NCBI GenBank assembly: GCA_903813345.2
Contig: CAIIXF020000001.1
Location: forward strand, 9,176,001-9,240,000
Length of the DNA stretch: 64,000 bases
Source: Owenia fusiformis
Lineage: Eukaryota
Direction: 5' to 3'
Shown: in pieces, positions 45,101 through 60,100 of the stretch
How the letters are laid out: the number at the start of each line of letters is the position of its first letter
How positions within the stretch are numbered: the stretch's first letter is position 1
Made by a program: the position numbers and the translations under genes
The notes under the pieces: model-generated
Database searches by the model: none
What the model was told of the DNA's origin: nothing
The model's input: only the letters and a program-made list of their open reading frames with translations

Positions 45101-48100
45101 GGCAACATACTTTGCAAAAGGTAGAGCCTTGGCAACAAACTTTGCAAAATGTACAGCCTTGGCAACATATTGCACTACAGGCAGCCCCTTCACAACAAAC
45201 TTTGCAAAAAGGTAGAGCCTTGGCAACATACTTTGCGTAAGGTTGAGCCTCGATAACAACTGCACTACAGGCAGGCCCTTCCAACATCCCAAATGATATG
45301 CAGACAATTGGCAACATATTATATACTAGGCAGGCCCTAGACATATGTTCTGCAACTGAAGAATGAAAAGCTGCATGAAAAGCTGCATGTACAAAAACAA
45401 ACAATTGAAAAGATTATGGTTTTTACCCCTGGGAGAGATTCTCTTTGTAAAGACATAGAATCTTTTGCGATAACACATGTAAAATACCTCATCACTTAAG
45501 ACAAGCATTGAGTATAGTTTAAGAAACAATAGACATTCTATATAGATAAAGAGTAGATCGATGACTCATTATGCTAACATGAAAATAATAATGTGTACAG
45601 CTCTTTACGAATGAATCACTTCTATATCATTCTTTGCAAAATCCTCATATAATATACATGTAATTAAATGTATATCAGATATTATTAAAAAGCAGTATAT
45701 CCGACCATCTCTTTCATGCGAACACCTCTCAATGTGAACACTTTTTCTTGATCCCAAAATTGTGATCTCTCATTAACTCAAATATTCAAACAAATCATTA
45801 ACATGCAAAATGTCACCACCTGCCTTTTGTTACAAACACCAAACACAAACTGCCAAATGCTGTAAAAGGTGTTTGGCATTTGTAAACTGTAAACACCATG
45901 CACAAAAAGGTTGGAGACTATAACAATATGTCACCACTTGTGGTAGTGAGAATAAGACTGAAATGCGAACACACACACTTTTGGCCAGTCCCAGAAGCAT
46001 TCAGATTAGAAAGATGTTACTGTATGTCCTAACAGACAGAGGTATGTTGATTATATACCATAAATGATGCAAATCCTATGATTAATATTAAACGAGGCAT
46101 CAACATGACAAAATATCACCACCTGGAAAAGTGTAACAATTGTTACAGATAATTGACAACTTAAAAACTTCTTAGTGGTAGTGAGTTCACAAAATTATTG
46201 CCATAATTTTGTCATGATATCCACAATGGGGTCAAAGTCTATCAAAACTATACTCCCCGGCCCCTAACCTTGTTCGATGGTGTAATGAGTATACAAAAGA
46301 AGACAATTCAAGTTAAAGTGCATGTAGTTATCTTTATTAATCTTGTTAAAACAAAGTGCATGTCAATCAAATTCTTAAAATGTTGATACATATGTATTAC
46401 CACCACCAGTATGTGTACAGTGAAAAAAAGTTAACAAACTCTATTGTACCAATGTTATAAAAATGTAACTCCTTAAATTAAGTGATCAATCTTTCTTGAC
46501 ACTGAACAACAATTGAAATGGCACCATTGTTTGTACAATGACTAATACTTGTAAGACTGCTATTAAGAAATGGGTGATTTATAAAATAACACCACTGCAA
46601 TTTAAAAGTATTAAACATCACAGAGAAAAAGGTGGCAACCTCAAGTGAAAAACAGAATGAGAAAAATAGAATAAGTAACCTTAGCAACAACCAGGAGAAA
46701 CAAAAGGAGGTTTAAAAACAGGGATTACAGTAAGAATTGACCTAGTAATAAGCAGAGAACTAAAAAATTAATAAGGATATCTTTATTCGCCATTCTATGA
46801 GAAAGATAAGAGAGTAGCCTGTTAAAACAATACTTAATCCTCTTACGGATTGTGTACCACAGGATGTGGAATAAAAAGAGTACTTGGCAGCCTGACAATT
46901 AAGAAACAATAAAACGGGAAAGGCCTTGATAGATGATTAAGTTCATCGTTATCTGTATTGGCTCAAGAATCATAGTTTTAACTACATTTAAGACAAGTAT
47001 AAAATATGATGTCAATATCAAAAAAAAATAGAAACACTCCCAAAAGATGAATATAACACTGAGAAAGAAAATGTATCTTTTCATATGTCTTCATATTTTT
47101 GCATCTTTGAGTATTATTGTGACAACCGAGTGTCCTCCGCAATGTTCAGTATGTGACTTGGAGGGGTTTATAACTAAAGCTAGATGCACTGGGTTATCAC
47201 GTCTAAATGACCTACCTCTAGAACTGCACGAACTGACACTGGAAGATGGACAACTAGAGACGGGTGGTATCAATAATGACACATTCAGGTCTTTAACAGA
47301 ACTACAAAGACTAACAATCCAGCGCTATGGTATCCAGTTTATAGAACCAGGGGCATTTATGTATCAAACCCAAACGTTCCATTTAGAGATAAGTGGGAAT
47401 GCACTAGTGGAACTGAAAGCCAGTAATTTTATTGGACTTGGATCACTTACTGACTTATACCTCACTGGAAACGGAATAAAATGGATAGAATCCGGAAGCT
47501 TCCTAGAATTAAACAAACTTGAGTATCTCTACTTATCAAGAAATGATCTGACCAATATCTATGAAGGGATGTTCGAAGGGCTGACATCATTAAAATCTCT
47601 GTATCTTTTAAAAAATTCCATCCAGCATATTGGTCCATATGCATTTAGCAATCTCCAAGCTATATCCCGCATAGACCTCCCTGATAACAATCTCCTTGCA
47701 GTAGCCAACAATGTATTCAGTGACCTACCCTTGTTACGCTCCCTAGATCTGAAACGCAACAAAATCTATGGAATCGAAAATCAAGCTTTTAATGCTACGT
47801 CACTTCAGAAATTATTTCTTCAAGATAACAATTTACACACACTATCTGCTGAAGCCATTCAAAGTGCTGCGGGAACACTGAATCAAGTGATGGCCTCGGG
47901 TAACAATATAAAGGTCATCTTCAAGGGGACATTTAGTAATCTGACCATGACCCGTGTTGACCTTTCATATAACAACATGGAGCTGATATATCCAGGAGCA
48001 TTCAGTAATGCACATATAGAGCTATTAATTCTAGATAGTAAGTAACAAATACTTTTTATTTCTGTTTTTATAAAAATATTCAAAAATATTTTGTATGGTA

Positions 48101-51100
48101 TGGCTATGTATGTGAATGTAGACAAATTAGATGAAAATCCATTGAGCAGTTTTTCCTGCCATTGCGATGACAGGATTTATCAACTTTCTTCCAAAATGAG
48201 TACCAGAAAAAAGACAGAACTTTCCTACGTAAGTGGTAGGGCTCCAACGGCTTCATAATTCCTCAATTGAGGTTCATGGTTTTTATCTTTTCGGTTGTAT
48301 TTCAGTTCGAGGAGTCGGTCCTTATTGCACTTTAATGAAAAAATTCAGATAACTCAAACTAACACTTCATCTAACAAATTTGTTTTTTCACGCATACCTT
48401 TCTCATGTATTATAAGAACTTTACACAACCTGCATATGGTCTTGCCCATAACCATTAAGAAACCGAACCGTATAGTTAGGAAACAAACGGACCAACTGGG
48501 CCCTAAAAAAACAGTTCATTGCGGTTTTGGTTTACCTTCAGAGCCTCAGTAAGTGGTAGATATAGAGGGATCAAATAAATCAGAAAAGTTTATGTCATTT
48601 ATTAATATAACCATCAAGAAAAAGCACTTAGAGTTCGAACTCATAGTGACAGAAAACCTCGAAGATGACAGGATAAAAATATTTGATTTGCTAATTGAAA
48701 ATACTAAACAAACATTCATATATCACTTAAGTAGGTAAATATTAAGAGACACACATCCAAAATATTGATGCATATTTTCAATTAAAATATCAGATGACAT
48801 AACAGTAAACACAGAAGATTATATCAATCAATATATACCTAGATAAAGTATAGACATACTGTATTTATCATGTGTATTGTTGTATTGGTATCAAAATTAG
48901 CCATTGAGTTTAACATCACATAGTTTCGTTCAAAGGAATAATAGAAAAATCAATAGCTAGTATACATGAATGGTGTGAGAATTTTGTAAATAACAATGAT
49001 ACAATCCCAATTCTGAATGGTATTTCCTGACATCTAAAACCACATCAATAAATTACATCCTCTGGTCAATTTTTCTCATATCCACAAAAATAAGCAAATG
49101 CAATTGTTTTGAAATCACAAAATAAAATCAAAGATTATTGAGCTGATCATTGACATTTTCTGGATATGATGTGACAGGTAAAGTATGGTACAGGTTACCC
49201 CCTACTCAGGTGTTTTGATCGTTGTATTAGAGCTATCAAAATAATCGTTATTATCGACTCTTGTATTTGTCTATAACAGCTTTGACACATTTGAAATAAT
49301 TGTTTTATTAAGATATTACAATAAGATATTACAACAAATAATTGTGTCTGATATAAAAATTAAATACACAATGACATAACATTGATCTTGGAGTAAATAC
49401 CAATGTTGCTATAGTATCATGTTTCTTGAGAAAAACAACAAAAGGAGTGGAGAGAAGGATCTGTCAATCAATAGTATGAATATTGAGAGAAAATAAAGAA
49501 CCTTTTGGAGTTGAATCTAAGACAAGGTAAACGGAGAAAGATCTCTGTACCCAAGTTGCATAATGTAATGTCCAAAATAAGAACAACATAAGAATAAATT
49601 GCTATTAGAAATAAACAAGCATATAACATAAGAATAAATTGCTATTAGAAATATACAAGCGTATAACATAAGAATAAATTGCTATTAGAAATATACACGC
49701 GTATTAAACTGCAGATACCAGAATTCAAAATTGTAATCCAAAAATTAATCAGCTTCCAAGCGTGATATCATGCAAAACCGATTCAAATCCTTAATTGAAT
49801 CCGTCATTTTTCTGCAATTGTAATTATGTAATGTGATAAGGGTTGAAGAGACAGATCAATATGAATATGCTTCAAATAAAGTACATGTAAATAAAGTTTA
49901 CAAAAAAAATAAACAAAAAATTGAATACGCTTCAGGATTAAGTGTTCCAAGGATCTTATACAAGTTCAAGTTACTCTATTGAGTCAATAAAATAATAAAA
50001 ACCTGCGACTTGAGGCATTTCCCTGATTGATTAATTGATTTACAAATTTGAGAATTCTGACATTTGGAACATGCACGTTTTTCGTGTTGTAAAGTTGTTT
50101 TTCCATAATCATAAAAGACGTTTATATATCAATAAATGGATTAACCCATACATGTACTTTAATCATAATAACTCCAAATATGATTTTGCTTTTGGAAATA
50201 TTAAATTCCATGTGAAACAGATTGGTAAGAATATGTTCAAGAAGTTTATATCAATTAAGAATTTAGCAGACTCATATACTTTAATTATAATAACTCTGAC
50301 CTGGTAATACGAGTTGTGACTTGATTTAGGAAATAATAAATTCTATGCGAAAAGCATTAGTTAAAATTTGAAAACTGATCCCAAATGAATTCCCAAAGCA
50401 AGTATAGATTTGCTGACATGTCCATCTAGATATCAAAGAGAAGGCTTTAGTCATTCAAGTACATGTACATATACAGCATCATTGTGTATGTATCTAAAAC
50501 TGAAACTTCTCTCCTTGAGCTTTGAGCATGAAAAGTTCCATTGTAAGTGATGGGTTAAGTCAACAATTAAGCACTTTGATAAAAAAAAAGAATAAAAGAA
50601 AAAAAAAGAAAAAAAAGAAAAAAAAGAAGCAAAAACATATTTAAACATTACATTTATATTCATTGAAGCAGGCTACTGATAGTCCAATAAAAAACATATT
50701 CAGCGGAGAAGGTTTTTCATCACTGCTATACCCACACCCTCTTTGTCTTAAACTTTCCAACACAAGTGACAATTAAAAGAGAGTCTGGTAAACCAACTTT
50801 TTAGTATCAATATGTGTCAACTAGGGGTCCCACGATACATTATGAAACGATACGATACGTATCTCGATACTCAGGTCACGATACGAGCAACGATACGATA
50901 TATAATAGTGTAGTTGAACCGGGGGAGGGGGGGGGGTGCAAAACTGACGAAGCTGAGGTCGAGTTGAAAGTCTATCACTTGCTGTGACATTTGATTAAGA
51001 TGCAGCATAAAAACTATTGTCAAGTATCAAGCCTACCTGCTGAATAGTAGCCAGCTATGCATATTTTGCAATATTTTTTGAAGTCCGGCTGTGCTTTCCC

Positions 51101-54100
51101 TTTACTGAGGAATGTTACAAAGTACTACAGTAAATTTTCTATTAGGGGCCGTATTAGGATATCACAACTACTCAAGTTTGATATTTACACGACCATAATT
51201 CTATCAATTGTTTTCAAAACTTTCAAAAAGTTTCAATTTCTAAACTCCGGTCAACATTAATACTCGTCTCCGAACGTAAATATTGTTCGGTTTTTTATTA
51301 GAGTTATCAATATTAGTAGGCAATTTTTAACGCAGCGTTCTATCGAATAAAAAGTTCAAAGATTATATTTATTCATACTAAATTGTCAAAAAGTATATAG
51401 AATAATTATAAACAAAGTACGTTGATCAAGACACGAGTAATTTCTTCGCATTTTGACTGTCAATCCGCTAAGCATTCTGTTCGCATTTATACACCATTTT
51501 GGGCGTGTCATGTCCAGCGAGAAACCAAACAAAAGATATAAGATTTCAGGTATGTTAATAATATTTTTGGTGTATCGATATTTGAGTCTTCGTATCGATA
51601 CGCTCGTATCGTCACCAAACGAGCCGATGCATCGATATATCGATGAATCGCGGGACCCCTAGTGTCAACCTTAAAGCCTGAAACATTTATGTTAAAAATC
51701 AATTAACAGCAAAAAATTGATCAAAACATCATGAATATTCTAAGCTTTTTGTTCAGTTTTTTTGTTTTTTACTCTTGTTTGACATTTATCTCAGGTAACA
51801 CTGACCTGAACGTCAGATGAAACAACCTTGATTTTTTATGTTTATACATTGGCATAATCAAAATAATTAAAGTGATATCAAATTTGAAGTTTAAACTACA
51901 TCTATCTAAATATGTAGTTTCAAAAATTGTTAATTCTGAATTTGTCATAAGCTTCAAAATTTTGTTTACAGAATCCCTAAACTCTGGTTCCAAGACAGAA
52001 GAATTTCAGAACCATTTATTCTGAAATTCTGAAATCCTACTACAAATGAAACCAAAAATACATTGTAAATACTATTGGAAAACCAATAACACATTAAGTA
52101 GTTATATAAGAATTCCATCACATGAAAACATTTCTCTTCAACAGAAGATACTCCTGCAATGCTCCCTCCCTTGCAAACTGAGTTTATCTGTGAATCTTAT
52201 TAAAAAATCTGTCAGCTAAGCTGTCATTTTTTCATTTTTCTTCTAAATCATTTTACAAATTTATTTTGTATATCAGGGCTCTCCAGTTTATGTTTCAACT
52301 TTCAACCCTTTGGATATTCTCATTACAGTAATAGAGTACAGTACATGTCAGATAGTTAATGTAAGATAATGCTATCTTGTCTGTGTCATTGTTAATAAAA
52401 CGCAACTTAATTAATGAATGTGAAGATAAGAGCCTTGCACATAGTATAAATACAGAGGATAACAGAAATTCAATCATACTGTGATCATACTTTGTGATTA
52501 AATATAACAACAATAAATCTCTTTGACAGACAGTATGAATGAATAGCTCTGTAAATATTGACCATTCAGCATGCTCCAATACTTCACCCCGCCCTTGTAA
52601 GAGTGCAAACCTAGAGGAGCTCAATAAATCAATCATTGCTTTTACGTCACATTTCTTTGTTTGTCGACGACATCAAATGAACACATAACAAATCAAAAAT
52701 TTTGAACTTAACATGCAATTGGCCATTTGTAATAAGAATTCAATTAGTCTGTATATGAATATTGTTGATATGCATTTGTCGCCATAGTAATATGATGTTA
52801 TTTAGAAAAAAGATTCATGTTCAGACTGGATTCATATGACATCATAACATACATTACAAAAGTATATAGTAAACAAAGCAAAGGCAATTCAAATATTTGA
52901 AGACAAAGCTGAATTTATCTCTCTACCATGTCTAAACATTTATCCTACTGACAGATACATTTGTCTTATCCTCTAGACTTTACATAAAAAGACATTCATA
53001 ACATAATCCAATATATCTAAATCATTTTATATTTATCTGTATTTGCAGCAAACAAACTGCCCATGCTGCCCAGTGATATGAATGAGTTCATGGCCCGTAC
53101 TGCCAGTACAATTATAACAAACAACCCCTGGCATTGTGACTGCTCAACCAAATGGCTTGGACAATTTGTAATAGATGCAGGATTGAACTACCAACGTTAT
53201 AAGTATAGAGAATACTTACCTGATCCATCATGTAGTACGCCATCTTTATTTCGTAACATGCCTCTACATAATGCAACAAGACATTTGGATAAAGCTTGTA
53301 ATGGATCAGTAACACCATCTTTCAATAGCACTTTGAGTTATACTACCTATTTGCCATATTCCTCTTCAATAGCATTACAATCTACAACCATACATCAGAC
53401 TATATCATCACATACAACAACTCCACCTGGTGAGCAAAACCAGAACCCACAAGCAGACGGCATGATGTGGATAATCCCAACAGTGGTTGCAATTGTGATC
53501 TTAATATCATCAATTATTGTGATAATCCTGTTGAGAAAGCATTATATCAACAAAATAAAGGTTGCCCCAGGATCTGGACAACGGGACCAAGTGAAATATG
53601 TTAAGAAGACAAGTATAACTCCCGTGGAAGAGGCACTTCAAGATGATAGGATGAGCATAGACAGTATGAATGCCTTGATTAATGCTGACAGGGCCAGGTC
53701 TGCACGAAGGAAAATGGATAAGATTTTCTCAGTTCATCAATGATATTAATGAGCTAGATGTAAGGTCTATAACTACTGACAGTGAAAGGTGGCCCTTTTA
53801 TATCAATACATGTATGTGTCTAAAGCAAATTTCTGAACTTTAAACTGAAGTATGTCTGCAGTTTTTTTAACTAGACTAGAGCCCTCAATAGTGTAATGAA
53901 TACAGAATCCCTTTAAATCAACATGTACAATCCAACATTAGATATTATAATACATAAATATATATTTTATACATTATTTAAGTGTATCATTTATGATGGT
54001 TATATAAAACCTTAATTTCATCTAATCATGAGGTTTGTAATTATACAGTTACATTTTCAGCATCATTCTCTATCAAATAATTGAGACTGATGAACGAAGA

Positions 54101-57100
54101 AAATTGTGCATTGGTTTTTATTAATCATTCTACACAGAACAGTTAGAAAAGAATTGGTATTCAATCTTCATTTATTCAGCTCAATAGGCTTCATTTCAGA
54201 ATTTCTCATTTCCCTTCTATTGTATCTTTTGTTCCGTCACGTAACTCAGAGAGATATTAGCTATCAAAATATAAAAACTCCGTGATTTTAAAATCAATCA
54301 TGACACTGATACAAACATCCAGGTTAGCAACAGATGAAAAGGATAGCTAAATACAGTAAAGTACTCTTACAATGAGTATAATTACAGTTACTGGAATTAC
54401 ACAATGCATTTTAGAAAGGCACCTAAGGTTTTAAAGGGTTCCGATAAGCATCCCGTATAAAAACAATATGGCGGCTCCAGGCGAATCGACTGGATCAGTC
54501 CATTTTTAAGAAATAAGGGGAGTTCTGTAAAATCCAGTTTATTGAAATTGTCTTTGAGATAAAGTAATCCGTTTATAATGATTTTGAAAACATTATCCAT
54601 AGAGTGATTGCGTTCAAAGAATATTTACAACAGCCAATATAAATCCTTGTATTAGAACTGCTTTGTTTCATTTGTAGGATATTTCATATACCAAGCTGTG
54701 TGCTATTACGTTATGGGGAAATTTAGATGTCAATTTTTCCTTATTATACACAAATAGAAGATCCTGAAACTTCACCCAAAAATGTGGAATTGATTTGTCA
54801 AAATAAAAATCACCGTTTTATAAATATGTGACGATCTATAATATACTTATGCTATATAACAGTTAGAGGTGTTGACACAACGACCTCGAGCCTATGAACC
54901 CTTGAGTATTATTCCGGGATCGGGCCTTTTATACTAAACGGTGAGCAACACTAGAAACGAGCGTTCGATTTGCTAAACGATATGCGTCACCCTTTAACCC
55001 GTTTTGAAAAATAGGTGTAATCACAATTGTGGTTTTACAAAAGTGCTTTTCCAAAACTCCTTGATCCCTAGTCACTAAAAATCCTTAAATCGTTAGCCAC
55101 TTTAGGAGTGTAGTGAATTACTGATCGGTTTTTGAAAAACGCCTTACACAGGTTTTTATCATTCGAATGCTACACATTTGGGCCACCGCAAAAATACAAG
55201 AAATGATTCGATGGGACCCAAAAAATGCAATGGGTCATCGAATTACATCCCAAAAATTGAAAGTAAGTTCATATCACTGGAACTTTTGAAATGTTGGTGG
55301 AATTAGAATGGCAATTTTGTAAAGCGCTTTCTACTAAAGCACTTTTAATTCCAGCAAGTGAGCCATTTTGCAATACGCCATTAAATCTCATTTATAGAGA
55401 GTATCGCTATAAGGTTTATCACTGCAAGATCATATCTTTTGAAGAGGCGAGAATACAAGAACTGAATAAGCAAGCTTGGAAATTACTTTACCTCATGCTA
55501 GAAATGATGGCATTCTATAGCCTTAGATTCTATTGAATCTAATATGTCAAAGTCAAGTAAGAAGAGGGCGCAAAACTAGACTCAGTCAATGACACTAGAA
55601 GCAGGTCTACAACCTGAGATAATTTATAACAGCTATTTCAAATATAATTAATGTCAAAGGTACAGAAAGACGTCTCTATGAGGAAAGATTATCAACTATA
55701 CCATTTCCCCATATTGACTATCAATGGGTCTGCTTACCCAGCTTTCTCAGCTTAGAATATGCCTTGGAATATTTCTTTGTCTTAGTGCCTACTTTCCCTC
55801 AAAATGTTGTCTGATGTTGAATAACTATATGTACTTGTAAAATGGTTACAGGATATTCTAAAATGGGCTAAAACATAACCAGAACAACGGCAACGCCAAA
55901 GCATAGCGAATCCCATCGAACATTTTTCAAAAGGGGCACCTTCTACCAAAAGTGCCATTAGACAGTGTGCCATGCTTATAATATTCACATACCAAATATG
56001 AACAAAATCGCTCTACTACTTTTCGAGTTATAGTAAAATACGTTAAAATGGTGGCCATTTTGAAAAATGGCCGCCTTCTACCAAAAGTCTCATTAGACAG
56101 TGTGCCATGCTTATAGTATTCACATACCAAATATGAACAGAATCGCTCCACTACTTTTCAAGTTATAGTAAAATACGTTAAAATGGTGGACATTTTGAAA
56201 AATGGCTGCCTTCTACCAAAAGTGTCATTAGACAGTGTGCCATGCTTATACGTATTCACGTACCAAATATGAAAAAATCGCTCCACTACTTTTCGAGTTA
56301 TAGTAAAATAAGTTAAAATGGCAGCCATTTTTCAAAATGTCCGCCATTTTTCAAAATGGCAGCCTTCTACCAAAAGTCTCATTAGACAGTGTGCCATGCT
56401 TACAGTATTCACATACCGAATATGAACAAAATCGCTCCACTACTTTTCGAGTTATAGTAAAATACGTTAAAATGGTGGCCACTATGAAAAATGGCCGCCT
56501 TCTACCAAAAGTCTCATTAGACAGTGTGCCATGCTTATAGTATTCACATACCAAATATGAACAGAATCGCTCCACTACTTTTCGAGTTATAGTAAAATAC
56601 GTTAAAATGGCGGCCATTTTGAAAAATGACCGCCCTCTACCAAAAGTGTCATTAGACAGTGTGCCATGCTTATACGTATTCACATACCAAATATGAACAA
56701 AATCGCTCCACTACTTTTCGAGTTACAGCAAAAATCGTAAAATAACGAGTAAAGGCCGCCATTTTTCAAGATGGCTGCCATGTGCTTTTTTAATATCTAC
56801 ATTTCTAGCTTTATTAATGTCCTATATAATTTTTTTTACATTTAAAACATATTGCTATTGCAGTTTTACATATTGCACCTAAATTACTGTAAAATCGGCA
56901 CTAAAACGGCCGCCATTTTTAAATGAGCGGCCATTTTGAAAATCGGCTTTCGAGCAGAACTTCTACCCCCATAGGGTATATGTGTACAAAATATGAATAA
57001 AATCGGGCCAACGGTATTTGAGTTATTGCCCGGACGGACGGACGGACGGACGGACGGACGGACGGACGGACGTACGTAGGGACGGACGGACGGACGGACG

Positions 57101-60100
57101 GAGGCGTTCCTTATATCCCTCCGAACTTCGTTCGATGGGATAAAAATAAAAGCATCCAAGTTATAAGGATTTTGAAATCGCATTATTTTTCTGAAGATGG
57201 GAAAAAGCTATTCTTATGTCACTGTCAGTTTATCAGAGTACTTCAAATGTAATGTCTATAATTGGGATGACACTGATCTAATGACACATTGTTATAGGGT
57301 CAGTTCTAGATCAAGTACACTCATCAATAGCATTGTTAAATGTATGTTAAACTGAAATACAAGAATGTGTCCAAGGAAACCCATATATACAAAAAACTGT
57401 ATAACTGAACCCTCTCTTACTGAACAAATTTTTCAGTACCATTTTTAACACTTGCCAATCTGAAGACTTTAGGCTGGTCTGAGTGGTCCTCAGATAAGAC
57501 ATTCATTACGGATTAGACAGGTTTTTTTATTCTTGCATTTAGCCTCCTTACTTCCCCGTTTTCTCTTAGCAATATGGACGGAGTTACACAGCAATAGCAC
57601 AATAACACTTATTCTCAAATGTTTTTATGTGTTTTTAAAATGAATAAATAAAACATGGCTAATGCAGCAATAGAACATCTTGGATTACCAAGGTATGAAG
57701 TTTCCATAATAATGAAAATCAAACTGGTAAATGAGTATGACAATAGACTACACTCATCAATGGTTAAATAATATAACAAGATGGTGATATTTCAATCAGT
57801 GGCTAGTTTCAATCAAACATCTCCATTATTCATTAGTCCAACATAAACACTTCTTTGATTTCCCAATAGCAATTGCTATTCCTATGTTTAGCAAATAAAG
57901 CACAGATTCGGTTTCCATGCTGATAGCAATTCTGGTCACTTGACGATGAAATCATTTCACAACGTAGACCCAAAAGGCAATAGTTATGTCAATCTATCGT
58001 AAAATGGCTTTAATTTGTTTGGAGTTTATATTAGAATAATGGAAATAGCTCAAGATTTTAGTGGGATTTGATAAGTATAATAGCTTTTTCCCAAATATCT
58101 GTCTTGCTAATACAGAAATATACCTTAGTATACTAGTATAAAATGGAATTCTTACATTTTATGATTAATTCTGGCTGGGTAATAATGTAGTTGTGATAAC
58201 ATTCATGGATATACATAATTTTCCACAATTTATGTGCTATAAAGCTTGAGGAGCTAATTTTGTAATAAATCAATATCACTATATATAAATAGAATAAATA
58301 AATAACAATAACAATAAAAAAGTAATTTTATTCTACATTAACACAATTATGTATTCTATAAGGCAATAAGACATCAGTTCAGTCAAAATATATGTAACCT
58401 TATTTTCCATTAATACTACAGTGATTTTTTCATGTTGATTCAAGTTTGTTTCAAATCTTCTTAGTCTTGTCATGAGATGTTGCTGCTTGTGAAACAGAAA
58501 GATTTGATAAGAAATAGAATGCTTGGATCTTCTGGTTATATTATACATTTACATTAGCATTAACTCAACTAACAATAGCAGAAAGCATCAGGTGTTCAAG
58601 ACAGGACAAGGACAGTGAACTTCGAATCAACTTATTGTTCTGAAGAAATCATAAACATCAACTAACAACATAATAAGTCCCTTTACTCAAAGGCTCTATA
58701 GCGTTTTATATTGGCCACTGACCGCAATATGAAAGAAATGTGAAAATATAAGATGAAAAGTAGAATCTTCAGATTAATAGAAGGTTAATGAGATTGGATT
58801 TCTGCAGTGTTGACTTCACAACAATCTCGCAAAAAACATCACGAAATAAAGTCATAAACATCCTGGAAATCTAACTAAGTATAAATAAACTGAAGATTTC
58901 AGGAGTGAATAGCGATGGTATATATTATTGAATTAATCAGTCAATTCCTCCGATATCCTATGAAATTATTTCATCAATTGGCAGATACTTTGAAGCTTAA
59001 ATCAGTTATCATGTACCATCATAGAAATAATAGATCTCTTATACGGAGACATCAGCGAATCAGCGCCCCATTGATTTAGAGAGGGTTACCATGGTAACCT
59101 AAGATATATGCTAAGCCAGGCTTTTATCACCCATTAAATCTTCCAATATTTTACTACTTAGGTAAGCCTGAAAATGTCAAATACGTAGTTAGCTTGATTT
59201 GAATATTATTTATATAAAGCTGTTATAGGTACAGTAATTACAATAAAGAATATGAGTCCTAATAAGGCATTTTATGAAAGGATTGGGGTACAAGTATCAT
59301 GTACATAATGGTATAAGGGTTTCTGATGTGTCAAAATACAATTTTGATAATTTTCTGAATAAGGTCCATTTCACCCCTTATATATAAACAATTATGATTT
59401 TATAATAGCAGATAAAAACATTTAATTCACAATCAAAAACAATATACTGTACATAATATAATTTTACAGTATTACGATGAACATATTTGTTCAATCAACT
59501 TCAATATCAAAACAAAAACGCCATATCTAATTCATAGCTATAGGAAAGAAAAATCCAAATCTAATAATTAATAGAAGTTGTAGGATGTTGATTTCCCAGT
59601 ATATTACTTCTGAGCGTATAGAAATGTCAGTCTGTATTATATTATGCAAGATCTTCTCTCAGTGTCTCAAAGTATCCTTGGTATTCTAGGTTTCTACGTA
59701 CATTAATAATAACAGGTAATCAGTCATGATTATGAACAGGAATAACTTCAATGTCAATCAAACGACACAATTTCATTTCTCAAGATAGAGATCCTGATTT
59801 TTAATTAATTTCTCTTTTTGCTTAGCACACACAAATTGTATAATTTGTCATTCTTAATTTGAGGACACATCTATCTTCTTAGCTGGTTCAAACAGTCGAC
59901 TGTAGTAAACACCCAAAGAGAGCAAACAACAGACTGTACTGTATGCCTATTATTGTTGTATTATTCATTGCCATAGAAAGTGTATGTACTCTCTCTTGCT
60001 AATGAAGACCTTAATGTGTAGAAACCGCGCTGTCAGATGCATACACTGAATACAGATAGACTGTTCATTAGATACTGATCGTGAACATGAATTTTGGCCT

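Noticed and set aside
45024-45404. Cys-rich ORF (CKVCCQG repeats) resembling a metallothionein or keratin-associated protein
   Set aside because: It is a translation of the 30-bp minisatellite; several frames on both strands are open, the start is not ATG, and I saw no splice support.
54840-55260. CpG-enriched patch as a possible promoter or transposon
   Set aside because: No TIR, TSD or defined motif could be established by eye.
55782-57183. Several ORFs with repeated peptides ([23 protein letters not shown])
   Set aside because: They arise from the 135-bp repeat unit (a multiple of 3) and the GGAC microsatellite of a HINE-like element.
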